This document shows, piece by piece, positions 40,545-53,930 of a DNA stretch of 64,000 nucleotides. Numbering within the stretch: position 1 is the stretch's first letter; every line of letters begins with the position of its first letter. A model generated the notes under the pieces. The model saw only the letters and a list, made by a program, of their open reading frames with translations, was not told the DNA's origin and made no database searches. This DNA is from Eledone cirrhosa (Eukaryota), in the NCBI GenBank assembly GCA_964016885.1, contig OZ024752.1, positions 7,068,001 to 7,132,000 on the forward strand, written 5' to 3'. Position numbers and translations under genes: made by a program.

Positions 40545-41503
40545 GTACCACACTACTACCACACTACCACCACAACAACACACTACCACAACAACACACT
40601 ACCACCATCACACTACCACCACAACACTACCACCACAACACTACCACCACAACACTACCACTACCACACTACCACCATAACACACCACCACTACAACAAC
40701 ACACTACCACCACAACACTACCACCACAACACTACCACCACAATACTACCACTACCACACTACCACCATAACACACCACCACTACAACAACACACTACCA
40801 CCACAACACTACCACCACAATACTACCACTACCACACTACCACCATAACACACCACCACTACAACAACACACTACCACCACAACACTACCACCACAATAC
40901 TACCACTACCACACTACCACCATAACACACCACCACTACAACAACACACTACCACCACAACACTACCACCACAACACTACCACCACAACACTACCACCAC
41001 AATACTACCACTCCCACACTACCACCATAACACACCACCACTACAACAACACACTACCACCACAACACTACCACCACAACACTACCACCACAATACTACC
41101 ACTACCACACTACCACCATAACACACCACCACTACAACAACACACTACCACCATCACAATACCACCACAACACTACCACCACAACACTACCACCACAACA
41201 CTACCACACTAACACACCACCACTACAACAACACACTACCACCATCACAATACCACCACAACCACCACACGCTACCACCACAACACTACCACCACAACAC
41301 TACCACTACCACACTACCACCATAACACACCACCACTACAACAACACACTACCACCATCACAATACCACCACCACCACCACAACACACTACCACCACAAC
41401 AAACTACCACCACAACAAACTACCACCACAACACTACCACAACACACTACCACCACCACAACACTACCACAACACACTACCACCACAAACTACCACCACA
41501 CAC
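40545..41503 (+). repeat. (CAC/TAC/AAC) compound repeat with higher-order units
   Basis: Direct. Confidence 0.93.
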
Positions 41504-41696
41504 CTGGAATCTATAGTAGTAACACAAGCTAGATAGACCCCCAATATTACCCAAACCTGTCCAACTCTTGTGACCCCAACTCACCTTCAAACAAAATATC
41601 AATTTTAAAGGGTTTCTATTTAAATTTTAATTTTCCAGCATAATTTTGTATAAGAAGATTTAATTAATTTCTGTTACAAATACTATCTTAAAAGTA

Positions 41697-41905
41697 GTTT
41701 CTGATTAAGGCACAATACCAGTAATTGGGAAGGGGTGGGGGTGATTAATTCGACCCCAGTGTATTACTGGTACTTTATTTTATCGACCCCCGTAAAGATG
41801 AAAGGCAAAGCTAACCTCGGCAGGATTTGAACTCAGAATGTAAAGGGATGTAACCCTATGCCATAAAGCATGTCAGACACTCTACCGAGTACTGGCAATC
41901 CACTA
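41697..41905 (-). mobile_element. SINE-A
   Basis: Reverse complement of 2179-2369. Confidence 0.85.
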
Positions 41906-42692
41906 CCCTATACTATCTTAATAATGGAATAATAAACAATCTAACCCTTCAATAATAATGTTTAATTTATATACAGTCCCCTTCGTTATAAATATGCTGA
42001 TTAAAGGGTTAATAGGTAAACAAAGAAAATGTTACAACTGTTGACAGAGAGAATGACAACTGTCTATTTAATAACTATTAATAACCATTATAACCATTAT
42101 AACCATTATTAAACATTAACCTCCTCCTTTTCCTCGCATAGGGAGGGGGTATGTGAGAGGGGGAGGGGGAGTATAGGGAGGGGCGAGTAGGGGAGGGGAA
42201 AGAGGGAGAAGAGGAAGAGAAGAGGGCAATGAGGAAGAGAAGAGGGCGAAGAGGAGGGCAAGGAGGGAGGAGGGCGAAGAGGAGGGCGAGGAGGGGTGCG
42301 AGGAGGAGTGCGAGGAGGGGTGCAGGGAAGAGGAGGAGGTGAGGGTACAAGTGTCACAGTGCCCTCAACTAGTACAGCTGACATCACTAATAACTCACTA
42401 CTCTGTCACCTCCTGAGAATTAATTAAAACCCACTCTCCAGACTGTCACAGTTCCCATCTGACATTTGGGGGGTCAGTTTTATTTCTAAAGGGTTAATAA
42501 AATAAAGGACATACCATATCCCAAACAATGTGTAAATCTTGTCTAAACAGGAAGCTGCAGTCTGGTGTCATGTTTTAAATGAAATACCACAGATAAACTG
42601 ATAGTTTATTTCTAAACATGACACCAACATCTCACATAAATTGATACATTTTCTACCTCAGAAGTCAATTTGTTTCAATATCAGGTTTATTC

Positions 42693-42817
42693 GAACTGAT
42701 ACTGGTGTACAACAACAACAACAACAACAGAACTGATACTGGTGTACAACAACAACAACAACAACAGAACTGATACTGGTGTACAACAACAACAACAGAA
42801 CTGATACTGGTGTACAA
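42693..42817 (+). repeat. Short array AACTGATACTGGTGTA(CAA)nCAG, ~4 units
   Basis: Direct. Confidence 0.9.
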
Positions 42818-42879
42818 TGACATGTTTCAAATCCCAGAGACCATCTATTTTTAGCTGGTCATAAAATTCCATCAACACA

Positions 42880-43378
42880 ATATATATAGTCATGTATATA
42901 TATATATATAGTCATGTATATATATATATATATATATAGTCATGTATATATATATATATATATATATATAGTCATGTATATATATATATATATAGTCATG
43001 TATATATATATATATATAGTCATGTATATATATATATATATAGTCATGTATATATATATATATATAGTCATGTATATATATATATATATAGTCATGTATA
43101 TATATATATATATATATATAGTCATGTATATATATAGTCATGTATATATATATATATATAGTCATGTATATATATATATATAGTCATGTATATATATATA
43201 TATATAGTCATGTATATATATATATATATAGTCATGTATATATATATATATATAGTCATGTATATATATATAGTCATGTATATATATATATATAGTCATG
43301 TATATATATATATAGTCATGTATATATATATATATAGTCATGTATATATATATATATAGTCATGTATATATATATATA
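42880..43378 (+). repeat. GTCATG(TA)n interrupted microsatellite array
   Basis: Direct. Confidence 0.95.
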
Positions 43379-43474
43379 CCTTATTGAGTGTTTAGCTACA
43401 CATTCCGGTTGCATTCTTTTGTTTAGCTGCAGCCAAAGCTTCGATTATGCTGAACTTCCATTTGTGTGTGTATA

Positions 43475-43577
43475 TCATCATCATCATCATCAACGTTTAA
43501 CGTCCGTGTTCCACGCTTGCATGGGTTTGGACGGGGGTAGTCCCACTTGAGGCAAGAGTGATTGTCTTGCTCGCATA
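43475..43577 (-). mobile_element. RTE 3' tail fragment (inverted partner of 44198-44292)
   Basis: High-identity reverse complement of 44198-44292. Confidence 0.88.
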
Positions 43578-43631
43578 TATATATATATATAGGAGGAGGT
43601 TATAGTTCACTTGAAGCATTGTGTAATGAGG

Positions 43632-43840
43632 TATAAACATTTGTATATGTATAATAAAGCCAAAACAATGCAGGTATGGACATAGAATAAAGAATGCAAA
43701 TGCAAAAGATATTGTTAACAATTAGTCTTTTACCTAAGGTAAAAGACTAATTGTCAACAATATCTTTTGCATTTGCATTCTTTATTCTATGTCCATACCT
43801 GCATTGTTTTGGCTTTATTATACATATACAAATGTTTATA
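43632..43840. repeat. Near-perfect palindrome, 104-bp arms, 1-nt spacer
   Basis: ..GTCTTTTACCT-A-AGGTAAAAGAC.. One mismatch seen. Confidence 0.95.
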
Positions 43841-43849
43841 TATATATAT

Positions 43850-44292
43850 ATGTCACTGGACCGAGACCTTTGGCGGTACTCAGCAATAGAGAGGACCCGC
43901 CTTACCTAAATACAAAGTAAAACCTACTACAGTCAGTAGGCATCTCTAACAAAATACACCCCCGTCCCACCACCCCCACCCCATCCACACCGCCCCCTTC
44001 TATGTAAAGTTATGTTGGTGCCACACCATCCAGGCCGAAACAAATGAGATCGTGTAGGTGTCACAACAAAAAAAACACACAGTCCACGCTGTAATGTGGC
44101 CGTGTAGGCAACACGGTAAAAACCTCCCAGACCCACACTGTAAATGTGGTTGGTGTTAGGAAGGGCATCCAACTGTAGAAAACCTGCCAGACAGTCCTAT
44201 GCGAGCGAGACAACCACTCTTGCCTCAAGTGGGAAAACCCCCGTCCAAACCCATGCAAGCGTGGAACACGGACGTTAAACGTTGATGATGAT
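43850..44292 (+). mobile_element. RTE 3' end (last codons, 3' UTR, GAT tail)
   Basis: Collinear with 13316-13756. Confidence 0.93.
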
Positions 44293-44306
44293 ATATATAA
44301 TCATAT

Positions 44307-44410
44307 AAGGACAAACACTGGTCTGTTGGAGACACAGGACATGGCAGCGATGATGAGGGACAGAGACCGCTGGAGAGAACTTGTCCATGGATCTCGGCAA
44401 TTTTACCCGT
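44307..44410 (+). mobile_element. Other RTE lineage ORF end remnant
   Basis: TNTGLLETQDMAAMMRDRDRWRELV. Confidence 0.55.
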
Positions 44411-44744
44411 CCTAGATAGATATAGTGAGACAGTGTCACAGGGAGAAGCCAACTTCTATTTTAGCTGCTACTACCACCACACCACAAAGGAGGAGAGAGA
44501 CATCCCTAAAAATCATTCTTCATAAGCTTTAGTCAAGCTGCAGTAAACCTCTCTGAGACTGGTTCCGTGCCATTAAATATAGTAGCAGAGGTGGTACTGT
44601 GTAGGTGATAGTCAGGGTAAGGGGTGTGGAAAAAGCAAGAACTGTGGCAGCAGGTAGCATGGTGAGGTTGTCGGAGGTTAGACAAGGACTCATTAGTCAT
44701 CCTACCTGATAAACTTTTCAGTAGCAGTGGCAGGGTAAAAAACA

Positions 44745-45722
44745 CCCAGTGAAGTAGGTAGAGATAGAAAGGGTATCAGGCTATAGAACCCCAGTGAAGT
44801 AGGTAGAGATAGAAAGGGTATCAGGCTATAGAACCCCAGTGTAGTAGGTAGAGATAGAAAGGGTATCAGGCTATAGAACCCCAGTGTAGTAGGTAGAGAT
44901 AGAAAGGGTATCAGGCTATAGAACCCCAGAAAAGTGGGTAGAGATAGAAAGGTTATCAGGCTATGGAACCCCAGTAAAGTGGGTAGAGATAGAAAGGGTA
45001 TCAGGCTATAGAACCCCAGTAAAGTGGGTAGAGATAGAAAGGGTATCAGGCTATAGAACCCCAGTGTAGTGGGTAGAGATAGAAAGGGTATCAGGCTATA
45101 GAACCCCAGTCAAGTAGGTAGAGATAGAAAAGGTATCAGGCTATAGAACCCCAGTGTAGTGGGTAGAGATAGAAAGGGTATCAGGCTATAGAACCCCAGT
45201 GAAGTAGGTAGAGATAGAAAGGGTATCAGGCTATAGAACCCCAGTCAAGTAGGTAGAGATAGAAAGGGTATCAGGCTATAGAACCCCAGTGTAGTGGGTA
45301 GAGATAGAAAGGGTATCAGGCTATAGAACCCCAGTAAAGTGGGTAGAGATAGAAAGGGTATCAGGCTATAGAACCCCAGTAAAGTGGGTAGAGATAGAAA
45401 GGGTATCAGGCTATAGAACCCCAGTAAAGTGGGTAGAGATAGAAAGGGTATCAGGCTATAAAAATCCCAGTAAAGTGGGTAGAGATAGAAAGGGTATCAG
45501 GCTATAGAACTCCAGTGAAGTAGGTAGAGATAGAAAGGGTATCAGGCTATAGAACCCCAGTGAAGTAGGTAGAGATAGAAAGGGTATCGGGCTATAGAAC
45601 CCCAGTGAAGTAGGTAGAGATAGAAAGGGTATCAGGCTATAGAACTCCAGTGAAGTGGGTAGAGATAGAAAGGGTATCAGGCTATAGAACCCCAGTAAAG
45701 TGGGTAGAGATAGAAAGGGTAT
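44745..45722 (+). repeat. 45-bp minisatellite (GTAGAGATAGAAAGGGTATCAGGCTATAGAACCCCAGTRWAGTRG)n, ~21 units
   Basis: Period 45. Resembles the RTE/SINE tail gttggtgttaggaagggcatccagctgtagaaa. Confidence 0.96.
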
Positions 45723-45760
45723 TTCTCCGAGAAGACAGTTACTTAGAATAAAACTTGAGC

Positions 45761-46323
45761 AGAGATTTGAACTCTGATAAAAGGTAAAGTTGATCTTGGT
45801 CAGATTTGAACTCTGATAAAAGGTAAAGTTGATCTTGGTCAGATTTGAACTCTGATAAAAGGTAAAGTTGATCTTGGTCAGATTTGAACTCTGATAAAAG
45901 GTAAAGTTGATCTTGGTCAGATTTGAACTCTGATAAAAGGTAAAGTTGATCTTGGTCAGATTTGAACTCTCATAAAAGGTAAAGTTGATCTTGGTCAGAT
46001 TTGAACTCTGATAAAAGGTAAAGTTGATCTTGGTCAGATTTGAACTCTGATAAAAGGTAAAGTTGATCTTGGTCAGATTTGAACTCTGATAAAAGGTAAA
46101 GTTGATCTTGGTCAGATTTGAACTCTGATAAAAGGTAAAGTTGATCTTGGTCAGATTTGAACTCTGATAAAAGGTAAAGTTGATCTTGGTCAGATTTGAA
46201 CTCTGATAAAAGGTAAAGTTGATCTTGGTCAGATTTGAACTCTGATCAAAGGTAAAGTTGATCTTGGTGGGATTTGAATTCTGATCAAAGACAAAGTTGA
46301 CCTTGGTGAGATTTGAACTGAGA
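45761..46323 (-). repeat. 39-bp minisatellite made of the SINE-A B-box segment, ~14 units
   Basis: Plus-strand unit AGATTTGAACTCTGATAAAAGGTAAAGTTGATCTTGGTC. Minus strand carries GTTCAAATC in each unit. Confidence 0.95.
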
Positions 46324-46964
46324 GTGCAGACAGAGAAATTAGACCAAGTAACTCTGTTCACCAATACAGAGTATATTGAAACAATAATTGTAACAACAAT
46401 GTCTATATTTTACTGTGACTGGTAGCAGTTGTGTTGAAACTTTACAGAAGTAGATATCCAGCAACCAGCCATAGTGTAAACTATATTTTGGTGTGTCTGA
46501 AATAGTAATTACTGGCAGAAAGAAAGAAGATTATTTCCTCAACTTAGAATGGCACTGGTTTCAACGTATTGAGTTACCCCCAACTTCCAAAAGATAAATG
46601 TAGATAGGTGGAGTTAATATATCCAGGAATTTAAACTTTACTTTATCAGAGAGAAAAGATACTTTTGTAATTAGAATTGTTAATCTATGTTATTAACCCA
46701 TTTGTGGTTATATTTCTAATTAAATACATCAGTCTTCATTGTTTTACATCCTCTTTCCATACATGGGTCAGACAGGTCTTCTCTGGTACACCAATCTATC
46801 CACATGTTATATTTGTTTGTCATCTCCTTTGTTAGGGGCAGTAATTTAAGATTTAAGAGGGATGGGCTCTTCTAAGTTTAAAATTTCCAAGGAATGCTGT
46901 ATGTCACTATAGTGCCCCTACAACTCCAAGAGTTACTGGACCTTACTGTACCATACCTCACCAA

Positions 46965-47090
46965 TTCAACCTAGATTTTCCTCAGTCATCCTCTTCTGCA
47001 GCTCTCTGCCACTTCTTCACTCAATGACCATCTATATATATCACATGTCCATACCAGTTCAATCTTCTCTCTCGCACACTACATCTCACT
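46965..47090 (-). mobile_element. Decayed RTE fragment
   Basis: Minus strand RERRLNWYGHV. Confidence 0.6.
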
Positions 47091-47109
47091 CTTCTTCAAT
47101 CTATTACTT

Positions 47110-47345
47110 AACGAAGACTTCAAAGTAATTTATAAAATTATTTCATTAAGATGCTATTTGTAATATAACAGGTTTTTATGTAAAATTATGTTGGAAAGGT
47201 TTCAATATAAATAGGAACCCTTTAAAATGAGTAGTTTTGTTTCATAGAACCAGGGGACATTTGGGGTGGTTTGGTATCAAAAGGGTTACATTCATAGTTA
47301 ACTTTATTGATACCAAACCACCTAAAACTGTCTCAGCTTCTATAA
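47110..47345. mobile_element. Two MITE-B right ends, tail to tail
   Basis: ggtggtttggtatcaaaagggtta ... ttaactttattgataccaaaccacc. Confidence 0.65.
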
Positions 47346-47662
47346 TAGAAAACTATTTTAAAGTGTTTATATTTATCTGAAAACCTGTCATAGTTTTGTG
47401 TAAAAACCTTTGTTAAGTTATATTCCAAACACAGACAGACAACAAATAGATAAGTAGACAAGATAGATATGAAAGTTGTTATATAGGGAGGAAGTAGTTT
47501 GGACATACAAGAGGATATAAAAATATACATGCCTTTACTGAAAACATTTGTGACACAGAATTAGGTTTTCTAGCAACATTTATAGGTAATTAGAGGTAAT
47601 TGTGGTCATACTTTGTTATGGGCATTGAAACGTTATACATACATACATACATATATATATAT

Positions 47663-47716
<54 letters not shown>

Positions 47717-48737
47717 GAGAGAGGGAGAAGAAAAAGACTGGAGGTTAGAAACAGAAATTGTAACTGAGAACACTAGAAAGTGTATGAGAGAGAGAGAGAG
47801 AAGGAAAAGGGAGAGAGAGAGAAGAGAGAGAGAGAGAAGGAAAAGGGAGAGAGGGAGAGAGAAATAGTGGGGAGAGGTGTGTGTGTGTATATATATACAT
47901 ACAGAGAGAGAGTTAAAAGATTGAGTTAGTCGTTACATAATTTATGAGTTCAACCAGCAGCATACCAGTAATTAGTTGATTTGTAAGGATTAGACACAGA
48001 CATGCGTGAGTTTCAAGATCTTCCTTCCTCTCCTGGTGTACCACTTCCCCACCCGCCTTCCCAACTGAACTAGTAAGACATTACTAACAGAACAATAGAC
48101 AACAAGCCAATACCATCACAAATACTGACATGAAAGGAGAGAATCTGTTTCAAGACCTGAGATTCAGATAACTGTATCTAAAGAATAAGGTAATTATCAA
48201 GTGGAATGTTACAATAAACAGGAGACTGTATAGAGACGATGGCTTACTGTTTTGAGACCCTTTGTACTTATAATGTGGAAAGAAGTTGACACGAGAATGA
48301 ATATGAACAGTATAGAAGGACCTAAATAGAAAGGACCTTGATAATAGAAAGGACCTAAAAATAAAGGACCTTGATATGAGAAAGGACCTTAAAAGACCTT
48401 AAAAGAAAGGACCTTGATATGAGAAAGGACAAGAATGCTTCTCATTGTAGACCTAAGGCTGTGATCCAATAGGAAACATCCGGATGCCAGCCACAACATC
48501 AATACTCTCTAACAGCAATAATATCTAAGACACAAGGCCAGCAATTTTAGAGAATAATTACAGGTAGAGCCCTACAGATTTCACTTACAAGGTATCAACC
48601 CCTGGCTATGGTAAATGGCACTTGTCTAAGATGCCACACAATAGGATTGAACCTGGGACCTAATGATTATAAAGTGAAATCCTTATCCATTCAACCATGT
48701 TCAGAAGAGGCAGAACAAATACAACACAAGATATATG

Positions 48738-49292
48738 GTTTCAGAATTTGACACAAGGCCAACAATTTTGGAGGGGAAGGGGAAAGTTGATTAGATCAAC
48801 CCCAGTACGTTACTGGTACTTTATTTTATCAACCCCGTGAGGATGAAAGGTAAAGCTAACCTCAGCGAGACTTGAAATCAGAATGTAAAGGGATGTAACT
48901 ATATGCCACAAAACACTGTCTGATGCTCTACCGAGTACTGCCAATCCACTGACCTCAAAGTAATGCTTTCTGATTTAGGCACAAGGCCAGCAATTTGAAG
49001 GAGAGGAGAAATTCAATTAAATCAACCTCATTGCATTACTGGTACTTTATTTTATCGATCCCGTAAGGATGAAAGGAAAAGTTAAACTCAACAGGATTAA
49101 TAATTGTTTCTACTTTTGGCACAAGGCCAGCAATTACCTCAGTACATTACTGGTACTTTATTTTATCGACTCAGTAATAAGGATGAAAGGCAAAGATAAC
49201 CTCAGCAGGATTTGACCACAGAACGTAAAGGGCCGCAACTCTATGCTGCAAAGCATATTGTCCAATGCTCTATTGATACTGCCAATCCACCA
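48738..49292 (-). mobile_element. Three head-to-tail SINE-A copies
   Basis: cacaaggcca.caatt..ctggtactttattttatc..ggatgaaagg recurs at ~48752, 48980 and 49120. Confidence 0.88.
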
Positions 49293-49639
49293 CCACCATA
49301 ATAATAGTTTCCCGATTTCTTTGTTTTCACTTATAAATCTTCTGAGAGAGAAAGAGAGTATCAAATTCTTGCTGGAATCTTTGTAAGACTGACGAGAGTT
49401 GAGAGAGAGAGGGGGAGAGGGAGATATATATATATATTTCTATATAGAGAGAGAGGGGGGAGATAGAGAGAGAGAGTAGACTCTTTTAATGATCATCAGC
49501 AGAGCTACCAATTCCATGACATAATATGCTGCCAGGAAAGAAAAGCTAAATAGTTACTGCTAGCTCAGTCCTTTGGTCACTCTAGCAAGACAGACATCCA
49601 ATTTACACAGGCTGATGAGATATCATAATATTTTCATAT

Positions 49640-49671
<32 letters not shown>

Positions 49672-49831
49672 CATACATGTATCATTTCCGGTGTATGGAA
49701 TTGAGATGGCAGAATATTCTAGTATAATAAGCTAAGCACCAATTATGAAAGAAATATAATATAATAAACATGATGGTGATGTATATGAAAGAACCAGGAG
49801 AAGAGAGAGAGAGAGAGAAAGAAAGAAAAAT

Positions 49832-50102
49832 ATATATGTGCGTATGTATATGTGTGTGTGTGTATATATGTGCACGTGTGTGTTTATGTGTGTGTATATA
49901 CGTATATGTGCGTGTCTGTGTGTATATATGTGCATGTGTGTGTTTATGTGTGTGTGTGTGTGTTTATGTGTGTGTGTGTGTGTTTATGTGTGTGTGTGTG
50001 TGTGTATATATATTTATATATATGTGTGCGTGTGCGCGCATATATGTGTGCGTGCGCGTGTACGTGTGCACGTGTACGTGTGCATGTGCGTGTGTACGTG
50101 TG
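49832..50102 (+). repeat. (TG/TA/CG)n alternating purine-pyrimidine tract
   Basis: Direct. Confidence 0.93.
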
Positions 50103-50542
50103 TTTTACCACAGAATTAGTTGAATTTTCCAGGAACTAGTAGTTTCTTTATATTGAAATTCCAGCTAATTCCATGTTAAAATATATAAAGTACTTCTATG
50201 TTTACATAACAGTTCATTCTTTATTAATACGAAATTATTGCATGTGTATGTGTGAACATGAATATATATATATATGTGTGTGTGTGTAATCACTCGTTCC
50301 TCGAGCCGATTGGCAGTGAAACATATGTAATCATCATCATTGATTAACTTCTATCTTCCACGCTAGCTGGCTTATGTTGATGCAATACTGACTCTTTGTT
50401 CTCTTAATATTATTATTATTATTAATAGGTGTGTGTGTGCGTGCATGCGTGCGTGCGTGCGTGTCTCGGGTTCAATGGGGGAGGGGGGTAACCACAGTAA
50501 GATACTTAATACATAGAGTATATACAAGATTTAATATAGAAA

Positions 50543-50628
50543 TGGCTTCTACAGGACTAGAACTGTTTCATTCGAAGGAAATCATCAGGAAAGCCTTTGA
50601 ATGAAACAGTTCTAGTCCTGTAGAAGCC

Positions 50629-50629
<1 letters not shown>
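50543..50629. repeat. Inverted repeat, 36-bp arms (35/36 match), 15-nt loop
   Basis: tggcttctacaggactagaactgtttcattcgaagg / cctttgaatgaaacagttctagtcctgtagaagcca. Confidence 0.95.
50544..50595 (-). ncRNA. Minimal type-I hammerhead-ribozyme-like motif (possible Penelope-like remnant)
   Basis: GGCTTTC-CTGATGA-T(TTC cttc GAA)T-GAAA-CAG ttctagtc CTG-TA-GAAGCC. The closing pair of stem II is non-canonical. Confidence 0.6.
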
Positions 50630-50670
<41 letters not shown>

Positions 50671-50906
50671 GGTTATTTAGGTTTGACTGTGCGATTGGAC
50701 AAGCAAGACTGATTGGCTGGAAAGAGATGTATAATTTAATATGATATATTTTGGTTGAGACATTTTGTGTGAAGAATTTCTGGGTAATTGACTAAGAAAA
50801 TTAATGAAAGCTGTCAAAGAGCGCTGTAGTTAAAATAAGAAAATACTAGGTATATGTTATAGCTGTCAAACTATACAACTAACTCAATGACTAACAGTTT
50901 CATGCA

Positions 50907-51132
50907 TAATTCTTTTTTATACCAGCCGAGCCAAAACCAGCTCTGGTTCTGACACAAAGCCAACCATTTTAAAGGGTTCTTATTTAAATTAAAATCTTCA
51001 AATGTAAAACTATATAAAAACCACGTGTTAAGTTACTATCGTAGTGATGAAATAATTTGAATAAATCCTTAAAAGTTCTTCATTAATTGAAATAGAGAAC
51101 ATTTCATTAGACATATTGTCATAAAGAGGTTG
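50907..51132 (-). mobile_element. MITE family B decayed copy
   Basis: Ends atttcattagacatattgtcataaagaggtt, the reverse complement of the left end. Body has ttttaaagggttc.tatttaaattaaaa. Confidence 0.6.
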
Positions 51133-51261
51133 GTGCACTTTTAAAACTGGGATTTCTTTTTCTTCTCTTCAAATTTAGTAAATGAAGATCTCTGTGAACA
51201 AGAACACTGCAGTAAGGAGCAATAACCTGTTACCAGTATGATGATTACAACAACCTGTTTG

Positions 51262-53930
51262 TTACCATATTTCTAATGAAAGACCCTGTCTATGTCATTA
51301 ACCCTTCCATTACCATATTTCTAATGAAAGACCCTGTCTATGTCATTAACCCTTCCATTACCATATTTCTAATGAAAGACACTGTCTGTGTCATTAACCC
51401 TTCCATTACCATATTTCTAATGAAAGACCCTGTCTATGTCATTAACCCTTTCATTACCATATTTCTAATGAAAGACACTGTCTATGTCATTAACCCTTTC
51501 ATTACCATATTTCTAATGAAAGACACTGTCTATGTCATTAACCCTTTCATTACCATATTTCTAATGAAAGACACTGTCTATGTCATTAACCCTTCCATTA
51601 CCATATTTCTAATGAAAGACACTGTCTGTGTCATTAACCCTTCCATTACCATATTTCTAATGAAAGACCCTGTCTATGTCATTAACCCTTTCATTACCAT
51701 ATTTCTAATGAAAGACACTGTCTATGTCATTAACCCTTTCATTACTATATTTCTAATGAAAGACACTGTCTATGTCATTAACCCTTTCATTACCATATTT
51801 CTAATGAAAGACACTGTCTATGTCATTAACCCTTTCATTACCATATTTCTAATGAAAGACACTGTCTATGTCATTAACCCTTTCATTACCATATTTCTAA
51901 TGAAAGACACTGTCTATGTCATTAACCCTTTCATTACCATATTTCTAATGAAAGACACTGTCTATGTCTTTAACCCTTCCATTACCATATTTCTAATGAA
52001 AGACACTACCTATGTCATTAACCCTTCCATTACCATATTTCTAATGAAAGACACTGTCTATGTCATTAACCCTTTCATTACTATATTTCTAATGAAAGAC
52101 ACTGTCTGTGTCATTAACCCTTTCATTACTATATTTCTAATGAAAGACCCTGTCTATGTCATTAACCCTTTCATTACTATATTTCTAATGAAAGACACTG
52201 TCTGTGTCATTAACCCTTTCATTACTATATTTCTAATGAAAGACCCTGTCTATGTCATTAACCCTTTCATTACCATATTTCTAATGAAAGACACTGTCTA
52301 TGTCATTAACCCTTTCATTACTATATTTCTAATGAAAGACCCTGTCTATGTCATTAACCCTTTCATTACCATATTTCTAATGAAAGACACTGTCTATGTC
52401 ATTAACCCTTTCATTACTATATTTCTAATGAAAGACACTGTCTGTGTCATTAACCCTTTCATTACTATATTTCTAATGAAAGACCCTGTCTATGTCATTA
52501 ACCCTTTCATTACTATATTTCTAATGAAAGACACTGTCTGTGTCATTAACCCTTTCATTACTATATTTCTAATGAAAGACACTGTCTATGTCATTAACCC
52601 TTTCATTACTATATTTCTAATGAAAGACCCTGTCTATGTCATTAACCCTTTCATTACCATATTTCTAATGAAAGACACTGTCTATGTCATTAACCCTTTC
52701 ATTACTATATTTCTAATGAAAGACACTGTCTATGTCATTAACCCTTTCATTACCATATTTCTAATGAAAGACACTGTCTATGTCATTAACCCTTTCATTA
52801 CCATATTTCTAATGAAAGACACTGTCTATGTCTTTAACCCTTCCATTACCATATTTCTAATGAAAGACACTACCTATGTCATTAACCCTTCCATTACCAT
52901 ATTTCTAATGAAAGACACTGTCTATGTCATTAACCCTTTCATTACTATATTTCTAATGAAAGACACTGTCTGTGTCATTAACCCTTCCATTACTATATTT
53001 CTAATGAAAGACCCTGTCTATGTCATTAACCCTTCCATTACCATATTTCTAATGAAAGACACTGTCTGTGTCATTAACCCTTTCATTACCATATTTCTAA
53101 TGAAAGACACTGTCTATGTCATTAACCCTTTCATTACCATATTTCTAATGAAAGACACTGTCTATGTCATTAACCCTTTCATTACCATATTTCTAATGAA
53201 AGACACTGTCTATGTCATTAACCCTTTCATTACCATATTTCTAATGAAAGACACTGTCTATGTCATTAACCCTTTCATTACCATATTTCTAATGAAAGAC
53301 ACTGTCTATGTCATTAACCCTTCCATTACCATATTTCTAATGAAAGACACTACCTATGTCATTAACCCTTCCATTACCATATTTCTAATGAAAGACACTG
53401 TCTATGTCATTAACCCTTTCATTACCATATTTCTAATGAAAGACACTGTCTATGTCATTAACCCTTTCATTACCATATTTCTAATGAAAGACACTGTCTA
53501 TGTCATTAACCCTTTCATTACCATATTTCTAATGAAAGACACTGTCTATGTCATTAACCCTTTCATTACCATATTTCTAATGAAAGACACTGTCTATGTC
53601 TTTAACCCTTCCATTACCATATTTCTAATGAAAGACACTGTCTATGTCATTAACCCTTCCATTACCATATTTCTAATGAAAGACACTACCTATGTCATTA
53701 ACCCTTCCATTACCATATTTCTAATGAAAGACACTGTCTATGTCATTAACCCTTCCATTACCATATTTCTAATGAAAGACACTGTCTATGTCATTAACCC
53801 TTCCATTACCATATTTCTAATGAAAGACACTGTCTATGTCTTTAACCCTTCCATTACCATATTTCTAATGAAAGACACTGTCTATGTCTTTAACCCTTCC
53901 ATTACCATATTTCTAATGAAAGACACTGCC
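51262..53930 (+). repeat. 48-bp minisatellite, same monomer as 1-1305, ~55 units
   Basis: Period 48. The 898-aa ORF is an artefact. Confidence 0.97.

Noticed and set aside
49610-49645. Second hammerhead candidate CTGATGA-GATAT..ATATC
   Set aside because: No GAAA or stem III follows; it runs into a CA repeat.
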